NCBI GenBank assembly: GCA_965198235.1
Contig: OZ240248.1
Span: 288,001 to 352,000, forward strand
DNA: 64,000 bases
Source of the DNA: Candidatus Poribacteria bacterium
GTDB taxonomy: Bacteria > Poribacteria > WGA-4E > WGA-3G
Direction of reading: 5' to 3'
Every line of letters begins with the position of its first letter. Within the stretch, counting starts at the first letter, position 1. Shown piece by piece: positions 57,753 through 64,000 of this stretch. The notes below the pieces were generated by a model, which had not been told where the DNA came from, ran no database searches, and saw nothing but the letters and a program-made list of their open reading frames with translations. Made by a program: the position numbers and the translations under genes.

Positions 57753-59792
57753 ATGTCTCAAGAAACCCAAGAAGCCACATCGTCTTGTTTAAAACGAACC
57801 CATTATTGTGGGGACCTACGCTTAACCGACACGGGTACGACTGCGCAACTCAACGGTTGGGTCAACCGCCGTCGAGATCATGGCGGAGTCATCTTCGTTG
57901 ATTTGCGTGACAGGACGGGTATCACGCAGGTCGTCTTTGACCCACAGATTGACGAAAAGGCGCACGCGCTCGCAGATGCCGTCAGAAGCGAATATGTGTT
58001 GAACGTCAGTGGCACCGTTCGCGAACGTGATCCAGGCGAATTGCTTTTCCAAGCGGACGCGGCGTACCAAACGGAACTCGCCGATGGTGTCCTCTCCCCA
58101 GCGTTTCGATCCCTGTTTTCGGATGTCGATACGAAGTACACCCTCTCCGAAGAGATTGAGGTAGCAACCCGCGTCGCTGGCACGCGGTGGCTACTCACCG
58201 ATGTCGAAAATAATCGGACATATCACATCGTCATTGAAGATGTGGGGGGAAAAGACGGTCTCAGCATTTACCAAGGCACGGTCAACCCGGAACTTGACAC
58301 GGGTGAGATTGAAGTCGCTGTGGATTCTCTGAATATCCTGAATACTGCCAAGACACCGCCGTTCCCGGTTGAAGACGACGTTGACGTAGCAGAAGACATC
58401 CGGATGCGCTATCGATTCGTCGATCTACGCCGTCCTGAGATGCAGAAGACTTTAGCGATGCGGCATAAAGCGGCACTTGCAGCACGCAACTATATGAACG
58501 AGCAGGGCTTCCTTGAGATTGAGACTCCTATTTTGATGAACAGCACGCCAGAAGGGGCACGCGATGTACTCGTTCCGAGTCGTCACTACCCCGGCAGGTT
58601 CTATGCACTTCCGCAATCACCGCAGCAGTTTAAACAGATTTTGATGATGAGCGGTGTTGATCGGTATTTCCAGATAGCACGATGCTTCCGGGATGAGGAC
58701 ACCCGTGCCGACAGACAGTTAGAATTCACGCAACTTGATATTGAGATGTCATTCGCGGGGGTGGACGATGTGCTTGAGGTGACCGAAGGGTTGATGAAAC
58801 GGATATTTGAGGATGCGGGCGGTATTCCCGTTCAAACGCCTTTCCTACGGCTCCCCTATCACGAATCGATAGCACGGTTCGGGAACGACAAGCCGGATAC
58901 GCGGTTCGGCATGGAACTCACCGATGTTTCCGATGTCATGGCAAACTGCGATTTTCAGGTATTTACACGCACCTTGTCCGCAGGCGGGCAGGTCAAAGCC
59001 ATCGCTGCCCCAGGCGGTGCGGACTTTTCACGCAAAGACATCGACGATCTGACGCAATTCGTCGCCACCTACCGAGCGAAAGGATTGGCGTGGGTTAAGG
59101 TCACAACGGATCGGTTTTCATCTGGTATCGTCAAGTTCTTCACAACAGAGCAACTTGAAACAGCACAAGAGAGAACGGGCGCGAAACCGGGTGACATCAT
59201 GTTCTTTGTCGCTGACAAGCCAAAGGTCGTCGCTGATGCCCTCGGCAATCTCCGTCTCCACCTTGGACGCAAACTGAACCTCATTGACGAAACTCAACAC
59301 AACTTCCTGTGGATCATTGATTATCCGCTGTTTGAGTGGAACGAGGACGAGAATCGCTACGAACCCTTCCATCATCTGTTCACTGGAGGGACAGAGGAAA
59401 CGTTACCGTTGTTAGACACAGATCCGGGGAAGGTTCAGAGCCAACACTACGATCTCGTGTGCAACGGATATGAGATCTGTAGCGGAAGTGTCAGGATCCA
59501 CCAGTGGGATATCCAACAGAAGGTTTTCGAGGCTCTGGACATCACGCCGGAAGAGGTCGAAAGCCGGTTTGGCTATTTCATAGATGCGTTAGCGTATGGC
59601 ACACCGCCGCATGCTGGCATCGCTCCAGGCTTAGACCGAATGGTCATGCTGATGCGGAACGAGGAGAACATCCGAGAGGTCATCGCGTTCCCGAAATCGC
59701 AACAAGGTCTCTGCCCACTAACGCATGCTCCGTCTCTTGTAACAGATACGCAACTTGAAGAATTATCGATTCGCGTTGATGCGGAACCTTAG
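57753..59792 (+). CDS. aspS: Aspartate-tRNA ligase, probably non-discriminating Asp/Asn, with a ~79-aa insertion
   Basis: RTHYCG, RRRDHGG, LPQSPQ, ARCFRDED, GAD domain, PPHAG..GLDR. Confidence 0.96.
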   Translation: MSQETQEATSSCLKRTHYCGDLRLTDTGTTAQLNGWVNRRRDHGGVIFVDLRDRTGITQVVFDPQIDEKAHALADAVRSEYVLNVSGTVRERDPGELLFQADAAYQTELADGVLSPAFRSLFSDVDTKYTLSEEIEVATRVAGTRWLLTDVENNRTYHIVIEDVGGKDGLSIYQGTVNPELDTGEIEVAVDSLNILNTAKTPPFPVEDDVDVAEDIRMRYRFVDLRRPEMQKTLAMRHKAALAARNYMNEQGFLEIETPILMNSTPEGARDVLVPSRHYPGRFYALPQSPQQFKQILMMSGVDRYFQIARCFRDEDTRADRQLEFTQLDIEMSFAGVDDVLEVTEGLMKRIFEDAGGIPVQTPFLRLPYHESIARFGNDKPDTRFGMELTDVSDVMANCDFQVFTRTLSAGGQVKAIAAPGGADFSRKDIDDLTQFVATYRAKGLAWVKVTTDRFSSGIVKFFTTEQLETAQERTGAKPGDIMFFVADKPKVVADALGNLRLHLGRKLNLIDETQHNFLWIIDYPLFEWNEDENRYEPFHHLFTGGTEETLPLLDTDPGKVQSQHYDLVCNGYEICSGSVRIHQWDIQQKVFEALDITPEEVESRFGYFIDALAYGTPPHAGIAPGLDRMVMLMRNEENIREVIAFPKSQQGLCPLTHAPSLVTDTQLEELSIRVDAEP

Positions 59793-59890
59793 TCAACTAC
59801 TTCCGCAGTAGGCGCGATTATGAGTGAAGGGTTGGAAACCTTGCCAGCGGCGCGTCTCAAATTAACACTTAAAAGAAAGGGAATCAAACT

Positions 59891-61498
59891 ATGAACGAAA
59901 ATGGAAATAAACCAAAGGTCAGCCTCGGTCTGCTTTACGGGATTGTCATTGCTATTGTTGCTGGGGCAATCATCGGTGGGTTCGCACCAGGCTTTGCTGT
60001 CCACACAACAATACTGGGTGAAATATTCTTAAACCTACTGAAGATGATAGTAGTGCCGCTCGTCATTTTGTCTATGATAGTCGGAATAACGAATTTAGGC
60101 GATATTCGCAACATCGGTTCCATCGGGGGACGAACTGTCCTGTACTACATGGCGACAACTGCTATTTCCGTTCTCATTGGCATGATTCTCGTCAACATCA
60201 TCTTGCCGGGGAAGGGACTATCACAAGGCGAAGAGCGGGCTGATCTCAGTTACACACTCTCTGGTCCTGAGATGCTCACTGTTGAGTTGAACGCGGAATT
60301 CAATCGGACATATAACAATAAATATGTCATCACCCTCGTTGACCAGAATGTGCGTGGCGAAGTCGAATCAATTTCTGGGACAACAGTCACGGTGAAATCG
60401 TGGCAACCGCTATCCGAAGATGCCCATTACGTCGCAACCGACAGCGGCGAACGCTTATTGTTCATTGAGGGTCGTCTTGAGAGGGTAGATCCCCAAAATA
60501 CGGGTAAAGGTATTAATATTGGCTTGCCGATTGCCACAAGAGTGTCCGGCAAAATGGAACGGACTATGGGGAGTACCATCAAGGAGGTGTTTCTCGGCAA
60601 CGAAGAGACCGGCAAAGAGGGAATGATCCCCTCAAACGTCTTCAAAGCGATGGTGCGAACCGATATTCTGCCCTTAATCTTTTTCTCACTTCTCATCGGT
60701 GCCGCTCTATCCATGCTTGGGGATATCGGTAGACCTGTCGTCGCCGTGATTTCGGGGTTAAATGAGGCGGTGATGAAACTCGTTCACTGGATAATGTATG
60801 TCGCACCGGTTGGTATCTTCGGCTTAATCGCTGGTAGGATCGGTGAGGCAAAAGGGTTCGCAGGTTTTTGGCCCGAACTCGTAGCGGTGGGCAAGTATAG
60901 CGCGACAGTCGTGTTAGGACTCGGCGTACACGGTGCCATCGTTTTACCGATACTCCTGTTGATCTTGGGACGCAGAAATCCGCTCAACTACTTCAAGGGC
61001 ATGGCAACCGCCTTACTCAACGCCTTTTCGACGGCGAGTTCAAGTGCAACTTTGCCGCTAACGATGGAAGGGGTTGAGAATCAGAACGGTGTCTCCAGAC
61101 GTACCTCCAGTTTTGTTCTTCCGTTGGGAGCAACCATTAACATGGATGGAACTGCACTCTATGAGGCGGTCGCGGTCATGTTCATCGCACAGGTCTATGC
61201 GATTTCCATGGATCCAGCGCAACAAGTTGTTGTTGTGCTTACCGCTACCTTGGCAGCAATAGGGGCCGCAGGGATTCCGGAGGCAGGGCTTGTCACAATG
61301 GTTATCGTACTCAGAGCCGTGGATCTTCCAATTGAAGGTATAACGCTGATCCTCTCCATCGATTGGCTACTTGACCGGTTCCGTACCACAGTTAACGTCT
61401 GGGGTGACAGCATCGGTGCAGGCGTGATTGAGACGTATGAATCCAGAGATTCAACTGATGCCCCGGCAACCGTTGGAGCGGTGCCCAGAGGCAAATAA
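59891..61498 (+). CDS. Dicarboxylate/amino acid:cation symporter (DAACS, GltP-like) with loop insertion
   Basis: FSTASSSATLP, GATINMDGT, GAAGIP, DRFRT. Confidence 0.92.
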   Translation: MNENGNKPKVSLGLLYGIVIAIVAGAIIGGFAPGFAVHTTILGEIFLNLLKMIVVPLVILSMIVGITNLGDIRNIGSIGGRTVLYYMATTAISVLIGMILVNIILPGKGLSQGEERADLSYTLSGPEMLTVELNAEFNRTYNNKYVITLVDQNVRGEVESISGTTVTVKSWQPLSEDAHYVATDSGERLLFIEGRLERVDPQNTGKGINIGLPIATRVSGKMERTMGSTIKEVFLGNEETGKEGMIPSNVFKAMVRTDILPLIFFSLLIGAALSMLGDIGRPVVAVISGLNEAVMKLVHWIMYVAPVGIFGLIAGRIGEAKGFAGFWPELVAVGKYSATVVLGLGVHGAIVLPILLLILGRRNPLNYFKGMATALLNAFSTASSSATLPLTMEGVENQNGVSRRTSSFVLPLGATINMDGTALYEAVAVMFIAQVYAISMDPAQQVVVVLTATLAAIGAAGIPEAGLVTMVIVLRAVDLPIEGITLILSIDWLLDRFRTTVNVWGDSIGAGVIETYESRDSTDAPATVGAVPRGK

Positions 61499-61506
61499 TT
61501 TAAAAA

Positions 61507-63741
61507 TTGAACACGCAAAACGAACCGAATCCACAGCAGCCAGCACTTAGCGTCACATCAATTCTCGCAATTATCAGCGTCGTGCTCGCCACGGGATGGA
61601 TAGCCTTTGCCTATTACAAAGGCACTGCCAACAGCAGCCGAATACTGTTGCTGCATCCAGTCGTGCCGATGCTGCTGATTGTCCTGCTCATCCGCGTTTA
61701 TCGCTGGATCGACCTAAAGAGCATAGTGATTCTTGAAATACTGATGATCGCTGTGTGGGTTTTTATACGTTTGTTGGGCGTGTTGACCCCTTTCATTTTA
61801 GGGTTTGGCTTCGCTTATATCTTTAGGTTTCTCTGGAATGCTCTCCCATTCAAAGCCAGATACCTACGCGGACTCGCGACGGTAATAATTGTCCTTGTGT
61901 GCGGCAGTTTGCTTTTCTACACTGGGAAACAGGTTAGTAAGCAAGCAACCCAGATGGGGAGTGGGTTACTAAAGTTTTATCATGAGATTGTTCTGCCTTA
62001 TGTCGTTGGTGAGACGTTTGAGGCGGTCGCTATCAGTGTCGATTTTCCTACTATTGAGGATGATGTAGCAGGAAGAAACAATCAAACGACTCCAGCAGAA
62101 ACATTCTACCTTGGTACGAACCACGGCATTTATAAAATTCAACAGGATGCAGAGAGAGAGTTTGTTCGTATTGGTATCACAAACGGCGTGCTTCTCGGCA
62201 AACCGATACAAGCACTTGCAGCAGCTGGAAACGTTATCTACGCTGGTACGCAGAGTGGGTTATATCGGTATTACAAGGCATTGCCTGCTGATGTCACTGA
62301 AGCGATTGACGGTGATGTAACAGACATCCAAAACGTCACACCGAGAATATGGCACAAGGTACAAGCGACCCCTTTCGATACTCTTTCCGTTCAAGCGATC
62401 AACGTTCCGAATTGGAATAATACCCAGATTTATGTTGGAACACAAAAAGGACTTTACAGCAGTAAGAATTTAGGAAAAACATGGCGTGAGGTCGCCCCTC
62501 AAATTTATAGTGAAAGGTCCATCGTCAGTATTGTTTCTATTGTGGATACGAATGGTGATAGGACAATTTATGTCGCCAGTACAGCGATAATTGATGCGAT
62601 GCCCTCAGAACGGATAGTTCCCATGCCTACGGTCGCAACAGTGCATTGGTACCTGGAGGATTCCGCTCTTGAGTGGAATCCGCTTCCTTCTATAACGGAT
62701 TCGGTTTATGCACTGGCAAGTGGAGGTAAAACGTGGATTGTCCCGCAAGCCTCTATAGGCTTGCGCTTAGAAGACCCCTCACAGGTGTTTGATATTGAAC
62801 TGTACGCCGGCACGCCCGATGGTCTCTATGAATGGCATCGTCTTGGCACATGGCGAAAGACGGAAGGTACTGCTGCAGTCTCGTTGTTAGCGTCGGCACC
62901 TTCTGGTGTATACATCGGTAATGGAACCGCTATCCTGCATCGTGCCGTTCCTACAGAGGGATGGCAGCCATTTGCTACACGGAACGAAGGGATTAGTTAC
63001 ACCTATAGGGACGAGCCTATTGTCCAGCAGGTGAAAACATACTTGACCGAAAGAATTCCAACAATCGCCCAAACCGGTGGTGAGGCTATCAGGGAAGGGG
63101 TTCAGTTCGCGGGTTCGATCGCTTTTGGGTTTGGCGGGTTTTTAGCCACAGTATCACTCGCGTTCATTGTGTTTGTCTATGCAAGCCAGTCGTTTGACAA
63201 TTATTTCCGCAGTTTCATCACGCTGGTCCCTGAACTTCATCGTGAAACTGTCAAGACCTACCTGCGCGAAATTGATAGGAATCTACAACAGTTCCTAAAA
63301 GGACAAGTAACCGTCATCGCGATTGTGTCAGTGGTCTCCTGTATCGCGTACAGCATTATCGGTGTGCCGTTCGCATTGGTTATTGGGGTACTCGCCGGAA
63401 TCTGTAACGCTATACCGACCTTTGGACCCTTTATCGGCGGCGGTTTCGCCTATGTGGCGATGCTAATGGGGCTGGCGGCTGGGGATTTCGGTATAATTGA
63501 TTTCCTCATTCGCAGTGCATTCGTGTTGGGTGCCATTCTTGGCATTCAGATGCTTGACAACTCATTGATTTCACCTAAAATTATGAGCACCGCTGTTAAT
63601 GTAGATCCGCTGCTCATTATGTTTGCTGTGATTGTTGGGGCAGCTGTACTCGGATTTTGGGGTGTATTGCTTGCAATTCCTATTATTGTTGTGGTAAAAT
63701 CGGTTATTGCCGTTTCTCAATCTTTAAATGATCGAATCTGA
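61507..63741 (+). CDS. AI-2E (PerM) family transporter with inserted beta-propeller-like domain
   Basis: LTPFILG..AY, FLKGQ, NAIPTFGP, DNSLISPKIM, GVLLAIP; central YxGT..GLY repeats. Confidence 0.82.
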   Translation: MNTQNEPNPQQPALSVTSILAIISVVLATGWIAFAYYKGTANSSRILLLHPVVPMLLIVLLIRVYRWIDLKSIVILEILMIAVWVFIRLLGVLTPFILGFGFAYIFRFLWNALPFKARYLRGLATVIIVLVCGSLLFYTGKQVSKQATQMGSGLLKFYHEIVLPYVVGETFEAVAISVDFPTIEDDVAGRNNQTTPAETFYLGTNHGIYKIQQDAEREFVRIGITNGVLLGKPIQALAAAGNVIYAGTQSGLYRYYKALPADVTEAIDGDVTDIQNVTPRIWHKVQATPFDTLSVQAINVPNWNNTQIYVGTQKGLYSSKNLGKTWREVAPQIYSERSIVSIVSIVDTNGDRTIYVASTAIIDAMPSERIVPMPTVATVHWYLEDSALEWNPLPSITDSVYALASGGKTWIVPQASIGLRLEDPSQVFDIELYAGTPDGLYEWHRLGTWRKTEGTAAVSLLASAPSGVYIGNGTAILHRAVPTEGWQPFATRNEGISYTYRDEPIVQQVKTYLTERIPTIAQTGGEAIREGVQFAGSIAFGFGGFLATVSLAFIVFVYASQSFDNYFRSFITLVPELHRETVKTYLREIDRNLQQFLKGQVTVIAIVSVVSCIAYSIIGVPFALVIGVLAGICNAIPTFGPFIGGGFAYVAMLMGLAAGDFGIIDFLIRSAFVLGAILGIQMLDNSLISPKIMSTAVNVDPLLIMFAVIVGAAVLGFWGVLLAIPIIVVVKSVIAVSQSLNDRI

Positions 63742-63758
63742 GCACCGTTCCATTACAT

Positions 63759-63934
63759 TTTTCTAACTATGGGAATCTGTTAACCATCGAAGAAATCCGC
63801 AGAAACACCCAAGCAAAAACCCTCGTGCTTTAACATCTATAACGGAGTCGAGTTGATGGTTAAACTGCTCCACTACGTTGAAGAAACATCGGATTTAGTC
63901 TGGGAATAGACTAAATCCATTCCTTGTATTACAT
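63759..63934. repeat. Repeat mosaic: E1 terminus, palindromic element interrupted by R3, R5 hairpin
   Basis: TTCTAACTATGGGAATCTG; TTAACCATC-[R3]-CTCGTGCTTT..GAGTTGATGGTTAA; GGATTTAGTCT..AGACTAAATCC. Confidence 0.8.
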
Positions 63935-64000
63935 TGCAAAAACCCCCGTCCCAGTAACGGGCGGGGACCCCGGTTTTCAGTGAATTCCAACCCGCTCCAG

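Noticed and set aside
58038-58274. Intein or intron in aspS
   Set aside because: No N-terminal Cys/Ser or C-terminal His-Asn, too short, and the reading frame is continuous
1-64000. tRNA, rRNA, prophage, integrase or transposase genes
   Set aside because: No cloverleaf/T-loop, rRNA or recombinase motifs recognised by eye; tRNAscan-SE and HMM searches would be needed to exclude them formally

Overview
Bacterial chromosome segment, about 50% GC by eye, with no rRNA, tRNA, CRISPR array or transposase that I could recognise. Gene content strongly suggests Candidatus Poribacteria, a sponge symbiont lineage (inference): 7 PhyH-family dioxygenase genes, 4 secreted LamG proteins with a shared C-terminal WG motif, 2 sulfatases, 2 enolase-superfamily dehydratases, PL2 lyase, GH32, uronate isomerase, 2 DUF6785-type membrane proteins, Uma2 and an AAA-like ATPase. 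A housekeeping block holds gap-tpiA-secG, trmJ and aspS. The most unusual signal is intergenic. A system of very small (16-60 bp) structured repeats is nested inside larger host repeats and MITE-like shells. Filled and empty alleles are both visible, the stems covary around GAA/GNRA mini-hairpins, and the A-rich termini often end exactly at start codons. Other highlights are a candidate C-terminal sorting signal on the LamG proteins, three consecutive genes with large domain insertions (aspS anticodon-binding loop, DAACS symporter, AI-2E transporter), and a tandem PhyH protein with a halogenase-like HxG motif. All product calls come from motif recognition by eye, not database searches.
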